Shown piece after piece: positions 24,324 to 37,400 of a stretch of DNA of 64,000 nt. Positions within the stretch are counted from its first letter, which is position 1. The number at the start of each line of letters is the position of its first letter. The position numbers were made by a program, and so were the translations under genes. The notes under the pieces were generated by a model. It ran no database searches. It saw nothing but the letters and a program-made list of their open reading frames with translations, and was not told the DNA's origin. The stretch spans positions 227,546 through 291,545 of the forward strand of contig NMRA01000319.1 in NCBI GenBank assembly GCA_002633005.1, given 5' to 3'. Source of the DNA: Phoronis australis. Taxonomy: Eukaryota > Animalia > Phoronida.

Positions 24324-24441
24324 CGGCATATATTGTCGCAACCTGGGAGCGACAATATATGTCGGATGCGACAATAGATGCCGGATGCGACAACATATGT
24401 CGGATGCGACAATATATGCCGGATGCGACAACATATGCCGT
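24324..24441. repeat. 19-bp unit GCGACAAYATATGYCGGAT, about 5 tandem copies preceded by one inverted copy
   Basis: CGGCATATATTGTCGC at 24324 is the reverse complement of the tandem unit. Confidence 0.9.
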
Positions 24442-25066
24442 GAACACCTTCACATACAGTTGCACGGGCGGCAATATGTGCCAATGTTTATGTCACATAT
24501 TATCGTACTCCGCCCTATATTGTTGCTCAGAGTTATCTCCCAAAGTTATCACGTACGGGTATTTTGGTATTTTTGACGAAAAGTGCATAACCTTATCTCG
24601 TATTACCAGGAAATCAAAAGTCAAGCTCAGTGACCAGTGCACGTACTTTTGATAACTGAGCGTTGTTTCTGCTGCTTCTCCTGCTGTACGATAACCGAGA
24701 TTTCCGAGGCCTTTTCCTGGGCCAGGTTTCCCAAGCAACAAGAGTGTTTTGTCACTCATCTACGGCAACCTGATTTTTAGGGAGTGCAAGGCCAGTGGTG
24801 ATACTTCACTCTTGACTAATTATTTGGTTCCACTCCTCAATACACAATACGAACTTCCTTGTAATAAATTATGTTAATGATCTTCGTTCCATTCATCTAA
24901 GTGACAAAGTTTGTCAATGACACGTTTACTACTGACTTTCTACCTGAAATTTCAAAGCCCTTCAATCTCGATTTAAAGCAGTTCTTTGTGCGGACTCACG
25001 ATTTCCACGACTTTTTATTTCGGGGACAGTTTTGGTGAGACTCTAGTTTCTGTAGAGCTAGTCTCG

Positions 25067-25228
25067 TCACCTGGGCTAGTGAGGTTGCATAAAACTTCAA
25101 AATTATTTGCTGGATAAATTTGGTTGTTGCATGACGTCAGGTGCATTGTTCAACAATAACAACCCGTGAAAATGTGACGTCATTGTTGCTATGCAGCGTA
25201 CAACTTTTATGCAGCTGGGCCCAGGTGA
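25067..25228. mobile_element. Small MITE with CACCTGGGC...GCCCAGGTG ends
   Basis: TIRs TCACCTGGGC..GTTGCATAAAA / TTTTATGCAGCTGGGCCCAGGTGA; two internal TGACGTCA palindromes. Confidence 0.7.
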
Positions 25229-26773
25229 AATGGTCGCTTAGCATTGCGGTTGATATCCAATATTACAAGATGATACCGCATCAGATTACAAATGACGGGA
25301 TTTAAGTAAATTAGCTCACGTTAATTACAAAGTAAACGATGGAAATGACTGCAAAACCATACGTTCCTTTCGCAGCGCCCTCATGCGACCAAAGTGGCTA
25401 TCTCATGCATTATGGATAACATAATAAAGTCCGCTGATTACAATATTAGAATTCCCGCTGGTTAATTGCACATGAGAAAAAGTGTGTGGTGTTAGAAAAA
25501 ACATTTCACAAGTTTCCACAAGGCTAGTGGACTAGTATGCGTTCATGATTTTGCGTCTGGAGTCGGGCGTCCAAATCAATCGCTATCTAGTGAGCTCATC
25601 GTATTCTCGCAGTCAATATCTAATGATGAGCAGTTTCCAGGCTAGGCATAATCGGTTCCCAAGGTGACGAGTTCTTTGCGTGAGATTGCTGTGGAATAAA
25701 AAACAACACTGAGAAAATTTAACATCAGCAGTTTCTTAGGTCAAGAAACTCCCAAAGCGTCAAATACCGAGACATTTGAAAAGTCTGATACATTAAGTTT
25801 GGGTCTCAAGAGGAAAGAGCTAACATATGTGCTGGAAATCCATTACACAAGATTGTTGATTTTTTCACCTGCTGGTAGGATTTTTAATGACTTACGTATT
25901 GCTCAACGTCTCTAGTGAGTCGCACAGACGCATGTTTTCTTTATCAATCAATTAATCAACGTAAGTATGTTTATAACGTTTAGTACTATCACATTGAATG
26001 ATCTAGGAGGTCGCAGGTGTCAACCAAAATTTTCGAAAGAAAATATTTACGATACCCCAAAAACGGCATGTTGACGGATGTTTTTGGTCATGGCCAGAGG
26101 AGGAGAGGCGGGCTTGAGTCCTGCTGTTTTGGTTCGTCAGTTAACACAACCGAGTTAGCGTTCAGAATGACACGTGATAACACGAATGGGGCCAATTGGT
26201 TGATTCAGTGCGATGATTCACGGCCATCAACTCCATTTATTTTAAATTAAAGTTTGCGATTTCGCTAAACCAGTTTTTACTAAAGCGAAACTTCTGTTGG
26301 AAAGACAGTTTATTCCTTCCTTCTAAGAGTACTTTGAACAGAACTGAACGACTTCGAAAATATCGCCTTTCATCAGGATTTAGTAAGAGAACTGTCCCGA
26401 TGCATTGTTTTCAAAATCTATCTTTAAGTCTTGGGATAGTATGATTGTGGTCATAAAAAGTGCCCTGAGAGCTAAAACAATTGCATATCGAATGACCATC
26501 GGCTCGATCGAGCTTCTGGTTTAACGGATAGCCCTTAGTGGCTGACAGGTACTCGTGGTCTAACTTGTAGAACCGTAGGGCAGTAGTAACTTCCGCACAC
26601 AAACACGCGCACGAGCGCGAGCTTACGGTCTGTCTAATCAACTTTAAGATGCGTAACAAATATTGTACAGTGATACTTTTTCAACCAGGGTACACGATTG
26701 GTTTCTGATAGCAACCAAATGGCCAACACATACCTATTATTTACAGTTAGAACAATTCAAATGATCTTTTGGG

Positions 26774-26776
<3 letters not shown>

Positions 26777-26804
<28 letters not shown>
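26777..26804. repeat. (TA)n microsatellite
   Basis: Directly visible. Confidence 0.95.
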
Positions 26805-26807
<3 letters not shown>

Positions 26808-28623
26808 ATGTGCTACGAAGCTGAAAAAATAAACATCCATCGGCCGCCATGTTTTGTCCCAAACTAGTGAAATTTTACCGGTGTATTTCTCTAATTCATC
26901 AACATCTGAGCCAGTTAATTGTTTTACCGCACGGATATCTACGAACACACACTGCTCTGAAGAACATTGCGTGTTCAAAGACAATAGCTTGAGCGCTCGC
27001 GGCTATTTGATACGATAGAAGTGTTAATGGCATCATGAGAAATCCAAAATTAACACGGCCGTTGTAGCCGTTCGTGAGGGAGTAATTTCGGGTGAAGCCG
27101 TAAACACCTGAAGCTTGAGCTTTGTCATGAAAACTCAGTTAGCTTCTTGGTTGGCTGCCAGTGATACGCACCTGAAGATGACGGAACTTCTTCCAACCCG
27201 CCAAACAACTTGAAAGAGTCTCGGATAATTTTAGCGATCGGTGCGTGGATGGATGAAACAATCACGAATAGGGACTCAAGCATGTTACATAATTTTCCAA
27301 CACATCTACGGACTTGCACAAGCCCTGGTTTTTCTTTCTAATGTTGTTTTGTTTTCGTTACTAAGTCAATTTTTATGTTTGATACCCACTGAGAGTAAAC
27401 TCTACGTTGAATTTTCAATATTGCTGAAAATAAGTAGGGAACTTTTCATGCTACGTTCGTAATTTACGAACTAAAAGAACATCACAGGCAGTCCTATACC
27501 TTAATAGCATCGGACGTGCCCCGGCCTCATAGGTCGGGCCCATTGCACGAAACGCTTGATTTATAGTTCATGAGAAGACTCTCACGTAAATATAATAATT
27601 AGGCTCTTCCAGAGAGAGGTTACAGAAGTCCCTAGCTACATGTATGTAGGTCAGATTCATCTGCTACGGATGCACAGTATTTGAACCAAGATGCTGTAGG
27701 CCTATATAGATAGCGTTCGCCACCAACACTGGTTCCACTTGACTGGTCATTTCACTTAACCTTCTACCCAGAAAGATCAGTGATTTCCCAGATTCCCAGA
27801 ACAAGTCTGGTCATCTCACTAAGTCCCTATCTATTCTCATTGCAATCAAGGCTCAGACAACGAGGAGCTCATAATAAAGATAAGTTGACAAAAAATATAG
27901 CATATGTGAATAAAGAACGACGCGAATACGCTGAAGATTAAGGGAACTCGTTTGAGTCCCTGATTAGAATTGTTTCTTGCAATCGGACACAGAATGTATT
28001 TTGGGATTTTTTTGGCGTAGAATCAAAGGCATGACATAGCAAACGTTGAAACTGCATGTTGAGACTATCAGAGATAACCGACTTCGTCTTTTTAAGTAAT
28101 AGGACAGCAAAATCGATTCTGAACGTTGAGTATTAGCATTACAGGAAAACTTTCAGGCGATTGAAGTAAACATAAACATTCTCTACATCATATACATCAT
28201 ATACACAACGGAAATTGAAAAAAACGAAAAGAAGTTTGGCAATTGTTCTTTGACGGAGGTAACGCCCAACGCCCATTTTACGCGTCTCGTCATCAATCTG
28301 ACTATTTGGAGTGAGTTTCCTCGACAGAAAGATAATATTTTTATAGCCGCATCGTAAATTCAACTTTCAATGTGCCATGTTCCATCAATTCCGGTTTTCA
28401 AACGTTAGATAGTACATTAGAGTGATACCGTCAAATTTTGTTTCCTGAGAAATTCGATGTCACGTTGGAAGATCTTCATTGTTAAAGACATTTTGTCGGA
28501 TGTGGTTTGTGTCACGTTTCTTTTCATGTTTTCTTTTTCCAGAAAACATAAAAGTTATGCACGACCTTATCGACAAGTATGTGTATTCAGACAATTATCT
28601 ACAAAAGCGTAGAATTTACTCAG

Positions 28624-28913
28624 TAAAAAACTTTCATACTTTCTGAAAGTAAAAACACTGCGTAATTTGACGTTTGAGTTTGTAAAAACTTTCATACTTT
28701 CTGAAAGTAGAAACACTGCGTAATTTGATTTTTGACTTTGTAAAAACATTCGTACTTTCTGAAAGTAGAAACACTGCATAATTTGATTTTTGACTTTGTA
28801 AAAACTTTCATACTTTCTGAAAGTAGAAACACTGCGTAATTTGACGTTTGACTTTGTAAAAACTTTCATACTTTCTGAAAGTAGAAACACTGCGTAATTT
28901 GATGTTTGACTTT
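28624..28913. repeat. 58-bp tandem repeat x5 at the edge of dispersed repeat C
   Basis: Unit AAAAACTTTCATACTTTCTGAAAGTAGAAACACTGCGTAATTTGACGTTTGACTTTGT, period 58 (28631, 28689, 28747...). Confidence 0.95.
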
Positions 28914-29310
28914 TTACCAATCTGCCATTGATCGAGCCACGTGACCTTGTCTTTTTAGCAAAATTTAGAAAAAAGAATGCGGTGCATTGATAGTAAATCA
29001 ACGATATAAATAACACGAACAAATGTCATAGGAGTGTACAAGATTAAATCTCAAAAATGTGTTACAGATTTCAAATTAACTGGTCACGTCGATTTCGTTT
29101 TGTCCAATTCCATTTTTTTGCAAACCATAAAAGTCATATTTTGGTAGCCTCTCGTGTAAAACTGGAATGCTTCAAAAACAAATCCTAAAATCTTTTTAAA
29201 TAACTGTGCGTAAACCGGAATATCTGAAAGTATCTCAAGAACTGAACGACTAATTCTCAGATACGGTATTTAGTTACCAAATTTGAACGTTTTCTGTGGT
29301 CCGATATGCG
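28910..29310 (+). mobile_element. Dispersed repeat C, copy 1 (paralog at 40130-40500; fragments near 31315 and 36020)
   Basis: Shared TTTTTACCAA.CTGCCAT.GA.CGAG.CACGTGA.CTTGTCTTTT, AAA.CATAAAAG, CTCGTG.AAAA.TGG, CCGATATGC. Confidence 0.7.
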
Positions 29311-29333
29311 CTAAAGCAGAGAGAGTCTATCAA

Positions 29334-29478
29334 ATCGTACAAAGCGTGTTCATGTATGTCGTACAATACGTGTTCGAGTATATCATACAATACGTGTTCA
29401 TGTATATCATACAATACGTGTTCATCTATGTCATGCAATACGTGTTCCTGCATATCATACAATACGTGTTCATATATG
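29334..29478. repeat. 24-bp minisatellite ATCATACAATACGTGTTCATGTAT, about 6 copies
   Basis: Directly visible; explains ORFs 29274-29720. Confidence 0.93.
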
Positions 29479-32194
29479 AATTCCTGCAGTTGGATATGTT
29501 AGTAAGGCCTAATTCTCTTCAGTCTTCGCAGGTTACGCGCCACATTCCGCGCATTTTCCGTTCTCGTCTCCTATGCCTCGAGAATTCTGTGGCACGCTCA
29601 CCACCAGGTGTCACTGCTACGGTCTTTATCAATCCAAAAAAAAACAATTATAAAACAGTCGCCAGCGAGCTAGACTCGCCATACAGGATGACTAGATTAG
29701 CTGCGGCTACGTCATTTTAAAGATCGCTTCTAACTAGAAGTGCACGCGTACGTTTTGCATGGATTATGAAAGAATAAGCAGTTGTTGAGCTCAAGTGGCT
29801 AACGTTTTGACGTACATAATACCGTATACTCCGTAGTACGTGTTCATGCAAATCCTGGCGTTTCATGAATAGAGATCGAGCACAACGCTGTGGTTGAGAG
29901 ACTTGTGAAAGGAACAGAGGTTGCGATGGTATGGAAGAGTAGGATTAGGGTAAGTGTTTTTTATAGCATAGTTAAGAGAACTTTTGTTCTGTACATGTGA
30001 TTTGATTTCGAAGGACCAAACAAGATTTTGATATGCACTGTTTTCGTATTAAAATTTCATTTAAGTAAAAGTAACTTCATTCGTCAAAACTGATTTGCTA
30101 ACCGTGTACAACAGGTACGCAAGTAGGGATTTAACACACAAAGTCTAGAAATATACATATATGTAAACATTGGGGTATATATGTGCTTTTCCAAAATTCT
30201 CAAATAGCAGTCTACACCAAACCAATAAAAGACGATAACAAAATGACAATAACCATAAATCCAGTGCATAGTGGAAAGTGTCCTCAGTAAAGAGCCGCGT
30301 TCGATAAGACAGTAAGGGAAATCTAATCTTGTTTGCACTCGTCGTCAAAACTCCCTGGTGTATTTTGAAATTAAAAAAAAATATAATTAGCATGACACAC
30401 CCCGACAAGATAACAATAAATCCTGGGATTTATTTTTTAATTCAAAATCAATGTCGTAGTACATGTATTCTTGTTGTTATTAATTTACACGTTCCAGGCA
30501 TTATCGCCAGCGGGTTGTAACGGTCAGTGCCACACACCACTTAAAAACAAATCCGGCATCAGCGATTTTCTAAAACGTTCGTGTAACTCAAGTTTCGCCA
30601 CATACTGCGTGGTGGCATTGCTTCGAAAAATCATGTGGTCATAAAGAGATAGGTCTATCAGCATTGGTTGGCGCATTAAAGATAAGCTCTGCAAGCCCAC
30701 AGTTTTGTTAAAACATATAAAGGTTATGTAAAATACAGTAATTGTTAATCCAATATGTGAAGTATCTCTAAAATGCGTAAGAAGATTAGTGCAGGTGAGT
30801 GCATAGGCGGAAAGCCGGACATACGGGTCTTCTCACACCACTTAATAATATCATCAGATTAGGGGCACAGGGGACATGAACATAAAGAGACAATTGCTGT
30901 CGGACTTCACTTTGTAGCCGATCAAGCAGATGTAGAAATGTTCACTGAACAGTGGCAATTATTGGAAGATCACGAATACCTAAGTTTTGTGCCAATGAGC
31001 AGTCCAACTTGAAGTTATGAACATGTAGAACCTTGTCGACAAATTTGGCCTTTAGAAAATCCTGTTAAATTATCCTGAAAGTAAAAAGTGTGTATACTTG
31101 ATTTTAATTGTATACCAATCTTACATCAATTGGGTCACGTAACTATGTATTTTTTTAGTAAAATTTAATGTACACTGATAGCAATATAACGGTCCCAACA
31201 ACATGACCAAATTTCATTCCATGCAAATGTTCACGCGGCTTCAGATTTCTAAAATATCACTTCGTGTTCGTTTTGTAAATTTTTGAATATTTTCATGATG
31301 TGCTATTCGGGGATCCATTCGTGCAAAAGTGGAACGTTTCAAAATAATTCCTAACCTCTTTTCGGAACGTACGTAACGCATAGTAAGTGAGAGTTTCATA
31401 TGGCGTTCCAAAGCTAACCAAGTTTGATCAATATACCTTATACTCGGGTAGACATCAATTAAAAAATTGGGTGGGTATGTTGCCTTTGTGGTAGAGTTGC
31501 ATCGTCTCGGTTACGTATCCGGTGTACATCCAGTGATGGGAACAGAGAAACGGTTGTTGTTGTTGTTGTTGGATCAAGCACTTATTTTCTCGGTACATGG
31601 TCGGATAGATTAGGTGGTGGCAACCCTCCCCGCACCCACCCATTTTGTGGATGAGAACCACCCCGTGCAAAGCATCGCGTCAAACTCCATCGCCCAAAGA
31701 CGTTTGGATAGCTGTTTTGTCTCTTCAGCGGTATTCTGTATTTTGTGATCATTATCTGAATGAGTTAGCGACCCAGACTTTGTCTACGAATTTCAACTGA
31801 CTTCAAGAGAGACCTGCATTGGACGTTGCTGTTTTAATCGCGTTTCATTTGCGGCTTCCCACACTTCAGGAATGGCACATCGAATATGTCGCCGGTCATC
31901 TACACTTTATGTATTTGGGATGCGATGACCGCAGGATGCAAAATCCTATTTTAACTGTACTCAGTTCGCAGGAGTCGTGAAACTTTCTAAGACTGGTAAA
32001 ATAATAGTCGTGGCTTGAAAATTTGTCTCTTGTACTCTATGGTCTAAAAGAATCTGTGTTAACGATTATTCCATTGTTTGAGTCTGCGTCAGTTCACATC
32101 AATCCGTTCACCGATTGTTTTTTTTTAGTCGATTGATATGTTCACCAGTTTTTGCGATTGTCTGTCCGTCTGTCTACTCAACTTTCACCCAATC

Positions 32195-32445
32195 ATTCAC
32201 TTATCTAAGTTTATCTATTCGTCAATCCTTCCAGCTGTCTATCTATCTATTTATCTATCCATTTATCTATCAATCATCTATCCCCCACTCAATCGTTTAC
32301 ATATCTAATAACAGTATTGGTGTGCTTGCTTATCTATCTATTCATCTAATGACCCATCCATCCATACGTCTACCCATCTGCCGATCTATCTGTTCATCCA
32401 CCTATCTATCAGTCTACTACCTATCAATTTATCAATTCATCTAAT
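32195..32445. repeat. Degenerate (TCTA/TCCA)n tract
   Basis: Directly visible low-complexity tetranucleotide tract. Confidence 0.85.
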
Positions 32446-32975
32446 CCCCCATCGAAGGTTCTCCACATTTTTATGAATGGGCAATGTAGAGGTTGAAGAG
32501 GGGTCAAAAGAACACAACTTGAAGTTCAAACAGTTTCTTACGAACATGTGATGTGTTGCATGGGTATCTTTAAGTGTCTATGTAAAAGACAAGCACTAAA
32601 CTCTTCAAAATACAAAATGCCATGACCGAAAAACATGAAACAAGACTAGACTATCACTCATACACTAATTCACCTACAGTCATACAGTCAATCTGTTTAG
32701 CAAATCCTTTATAGCTTACCTGTCCTCACTTCTCATTGAAACGTATTCGAGTTTTTACAGGTGATATGTTTTCTCTGCTGCTGTAGTTCTGACAACATTC
32801 AAAAAGGCTATTTGTGTTAAAACACATAGTTTTCCTCTATACTTACTAGTTATAAATAAATCCTTTCCCCAACAGTAGGAGAATGTCAGGTTGCAATTCT
32901 AATTCATTAACTATTCTTATTAATTACTGTTTTATAGAAAGACTTACTTGTTACTCACGCCTACAATCCCTGGTG

Positions 32976-33313
32976 CCTCGGGTTTTATCTCCAAACTCGG
33001 AGTCCAGCTCCAAACTGATTTTGGCGTTTTCAGCTTTGCTATTATTTTATTCTCAATTGTATTATGGTTTACGTAGGCGAATGATGAAGATCGCACTTGA
33101 AGAAAGCTCAAGTCCTATCTCGAAATCTCAAGTTTGTTGTTGGAATGTAGAGATCACCAAGTGTGAACCTGGATTAGGAGCTTATCTGTGTAAATAGTGA
33201 TGCACTTGAGCAAATAGTTCACACGTAATTTTCATGAGATCGTACAGGAGTGGGGCAGAAAATGTCAAAAACAGTTTGGAAGAGGAGTTTGAGTTCAGGG
33301 ATAAGACCCCCGG
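32976..33313. mobile_element. MITE with ~60-bp imperfect TIRs
   Basis: Opposite-strand ORFs translate similarly (RVLSPNSESSSKLILAFSALLL vs GVLSLNSNSSSKLFLTFSAPLL), which reveals inverted ends. Confidence 0.7.
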
Positions 33314-34107
33314 TCTTGATTCACTACTAGCTTTCGTCATAGGTTCACAAGAAAAGTAGTTTTCAGTGGACACCTCACCATCTTAAAGTCCCAAGGTTAG
33401 CTTAGTGATTATTGTCACGAACTCCACATTGATAGAAATCCCACATTCCATTCATTCCGCACGCGTTTAATGATCTTTTTTTACGACGTGAAGTATTTTT
33501 CTGCCCTACGGCTGGCACTTAGTTAAACTTTGGTGACACACCTCTCATGACATTTTTGAACTGGCGCACTGCGTGAAATGAAACATACAACTTTTAAGTT
33601 TAAAATCGACTGAAGATGATTACGCGTTGTCGCGTAATTAAGCTTATTTTCTTTGCATCTTTAATGGATTTCTTAATCAAAATGCTTCAATCTATCATTC
33701 TCCTCAAAGAAATGTCGCGTGAGAAAATATATGAAATTAAAGTCGGAAAACTTTTTCACTTAATGAACTGCAGCAGTGGCAGTGTTGAATTGGTACTTCA
33801 TAAACAGGTGTCATGCCTGGCTGAGTAAATTCCGTACAGTCAGTAAACTGCTTCACGGTCGCAACCACTGAGATGTCGAATAATCATACGTACAGTACTG
33901 CGACTGTATCTGGTGTACAAGGTAAGGAACGCCAAACTTGATTGAAAACCATCAATTTGTATTTGACGACATAATCGCTCGACGGGGTCTATTTTGCAAT
34001 TAACATGAAACATAGGACCAAAACAAACTTAGATACATTGATCAGCTCAAGGCTATTTAGGTCTATCGCAGCTTTTCGCTAAACTTATCTTGATTGAAAG
34101 ACAAGGG

Positions 34108-34455
34108 TAATATCATCATCATCATCATCATCATATCACCATCATCACGATCGTAATAATCATCATCATCATCATATCACCATCATCACGATCGTAATAA
34201 TAATCATCATCATCATCATCATATCACCATCATCACGATCGTAATAATCATCATCATCATCATCATCATATCACCATCATCACGATCGTAATAATAATCA
34301 TCATCATCATCATCATATCACCATCATCACGATCGTAATAATCATCATCATCATCATCATCATCATATCACCATGATCACATCCGTCATTACCACCATCG
34401 CCAGCATCACACAATTACTGTCATCATCATCACCGTCATCATCATCATCATTATC
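34108..34455. repeat. (CAT)n tract with a higher-order unit (CAT)n-ATCACCATCATCACGATCGTAATAAT, about 6 copies
   Basis: Directly visible. Confidence 0.95.
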
Positions 34456-37400
34456 AAATAGAAGACGCAGTTTATGACAAATGCCGCTTGAAAATCTACA
34501 CGATCACAAACACCATTTATTTAAACATAACATTTCTGAAAATAACCTTGGGTTATAACACTTCAGAAAACAATCCCGAATGATATTTTTTTCATTTGTA
34601 TCAATAGTTGTCTTCAAAAATAATAGTGAAAAAAACTTGTTGCTATGGTTCATTTTTATGTTGAGACGCTGCTCTTTTGTCAAATAATGACGTTGCAACT
34701 CGGAAACGTTTATTCTACATTTAAGTCCGTGTACAAACTCTCATACACCACCCCTGACGAAAATGTGCCAGAATACGTATTACATGTTTCAATAGCATTT
34801 TTTATTTGGCTTGTATATATGCTGAAACATCCGTTAATCTTCATTCGTGATTTTTGTATGGCACTTTAGCATGTCTCCGTAATTTGTGTTGTCTTATTAA
34901 GTAGCACAGTAGTTCTTCCGACAGCATCCAACCTTAACAGGTCTTGCAACTCTAATAAAATTACAGAGAAAATTGTCAAGTTTTGTCTTGCACATTTTTA
35001 CATGTTATCTTTCCCTTGTGGTTTATTTCTCCATCTGCCTGCACTGGTATAACATAAACAATACGCCCTCGCTTAATTGTGCGTAAAAGAAATAACAAAC
35101 AAAGAATAATCAGCACGTGTTGACCACATTTACACAATAGTCTATTTGATCCGTGGTGAGCTCTGTTTAATATGATATCTTCAAATGGTGCGAGTTATGT
35201 TAATTATACCATAACTTTGCACCCCTCTTGTTTCAAATCTGTGGTTTTATTGGGTTGTCCCAGCGTGCGTTGCCCAAAGACCTCGAGCTGTTTTTTTTCC
35301 GGAAACATTTTCCTGAAGGTTAATTCCGCTATTCCACTAATCGAATGTGAAACGGTTCCACTACCGTTGAAGAAATCAAATTGAAGCTGAGGGTTGTAGC
35401 GAACTTTTACCGATGTTTATCGGAAATGACGTCAAAAATTTCCCGATACCCCCTTGCTTTCACCAGCATCTCGCTTTACTGCCCAGTCTCACGAACCTAT
35501 ATGTATTTCTAGTTTCTAACAAATTGATCTTGGCTTAATTTGCTGCAGGTATGCAAGGAATGGACAACGTTTTAGAAAAAAATGTTAATGGCGGCACAGA
35601 CAACCGACTAAAATTGAAGTGCCTTTTAAATGTTCTCATCGTTAGGTTTTGCGGCCGGCCTACCCATTCTGAGCGGATTCGCAACACCGATTTTGAAAAT
35701 GTTATCTCATGGTTTGGAAATTGCATCACTTTATGGCGCATTTGTACATTACCGACATGTCTTTCTATTAAGCCACATACCTACAAGACAGTGGATTTTA
35801 AATATATATATTTTCCGAAATGGAAAGCCTTAAGAATTAGATTTTTGACTTTTGAACAACCTATTATTAACTGGCTCACGCCTTTTTGTTGAACATTTAG
35901 CAAAAAAGAGGTACACTGAAGCAGACCAGCGATGTAAGTGAATGACCTAATTTCACGTGACATAAACATTCAAGATTTCATCTCAAAAAAACACTGTTAT
36001 GCAACTTTTGATTATTTACATAAAAATCATAAAAGTCATATATGTGACAAACTCATGCTAACGTGTAGCACTTTAAAACAATTCCTGATAACATATTAGA
36101 GAACAGCACATAAAGCACAATATATGACGCTTTCATGTGAATCCATTCAGCCGTTTTTTAGCTAGGATGCTCTCAACCCAAATTTGGACATTTCTCTAGA
36201 CTGCTGCATAATTAGCTCATCACGAGGGTATGTCCTTTGAGGATAGTGGTCATCTTCCCCACGCCCCCTCGCAACATTCTAGACTCACCAATTGTTAGGC
36301 CTACCAAAAGTTCAATTGTGTTAGTAAGACTGCTCCGTGCAGATTTCACAGTCGTGTGAGTTGTACGTGACGAGAACGTTCGTCGAACGTCCCGATACGA
36401 CAGGTGTGTGTGTGTGGCCTAACTTTTTTAGCATCTGTTGGCAAGAGAATTGTCATGTGCGAGTATATTTGCCAACATATGGTATCCTTGAGGTTACGTC
36501 TAAAACTAACATATGTTCTGAGCGCAAGTCAAAACCTCACCGTCCGGTCAGAAACGTTTATCGCTCACAACATCAAAGTCTTCCACCATTGGAAACCAAT
36601 GAGCTATTGGTCGAAACAATCTGTAACTATCTATTCGAAACACGGAAGTCGTACGTTTAATAAGTTTCGCAGATGTCCCATTCTGTGAGCCAAGCACGCG
36701 CCAAGCACGCGCCAAGCACGCTCTGATTGTGTTCAGTGTTCCTTGTGAAGCTGTGGTGTCAATTGCCTAAACTTCTAAAACAATGTGTGAACTATGTAAA
36801 ACTGTGTTAATGTTGTTGTTTGCTTTTCAAACTCGCATTGTATTTCCTTAACATGGGCGGCGGGAAAGGCAGAGGAAAACCATATTCGCAAAGGCCTCCG
36901 TAGATTTCCGTTGAAATAAGAAGCAATCGGTAAAATGCTGAGTCAAATTCATCTAGTATACTCTTTACTTTCTCCATTAACGTTCGCCATGCCTTGCGTT
37001 TGTGATGGATGTTGTCTCCTCCCTTCTCCACTCAAGAATTAGTCCCGCCGCCTATGTTTAGTTATGCAAAGAAGCTTGCGTTTACGCGGTCAATTCCGAG
37101 CCTGTAGTGCGCCACCTATGCTATCCCTGGTCGACCTCTGAAGTATACCTGTGTATGCCTTAATTTCAACGTGTTGTAGTACATGGGTTCTATTTCTTAC
37201 AGAAACAAGGAACTCAGATTTCAAAATGACTTCACGTAACCTCTTTAAATATTATAAAAATTGATAACGTTGAAGAAGATCTAAGATAAAAAGTACCGAA
37301 ATAATAGTGGTCAGAATTCAGGTAAGCATCGGATCACTTGCAAAAATACAGAGGCCTAAGCTGGTTGATAGATTTTATAACGATGTGCTGCACCTGCTTA

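Noticed and set aside
26400-27460. Cluster of short ORFs that might be a decayed transposase or exons
   Set aside because: No recognisable motif and no consistent splice chain
28567-29022. 151-aa ORF, and a CRISPR-like look of the 58-bp palindromic repeats
   Set aside because: Units are contiguous with no unique spacers, there are no cas genes, and the context is eukaryotic; the ORF is repeat translation
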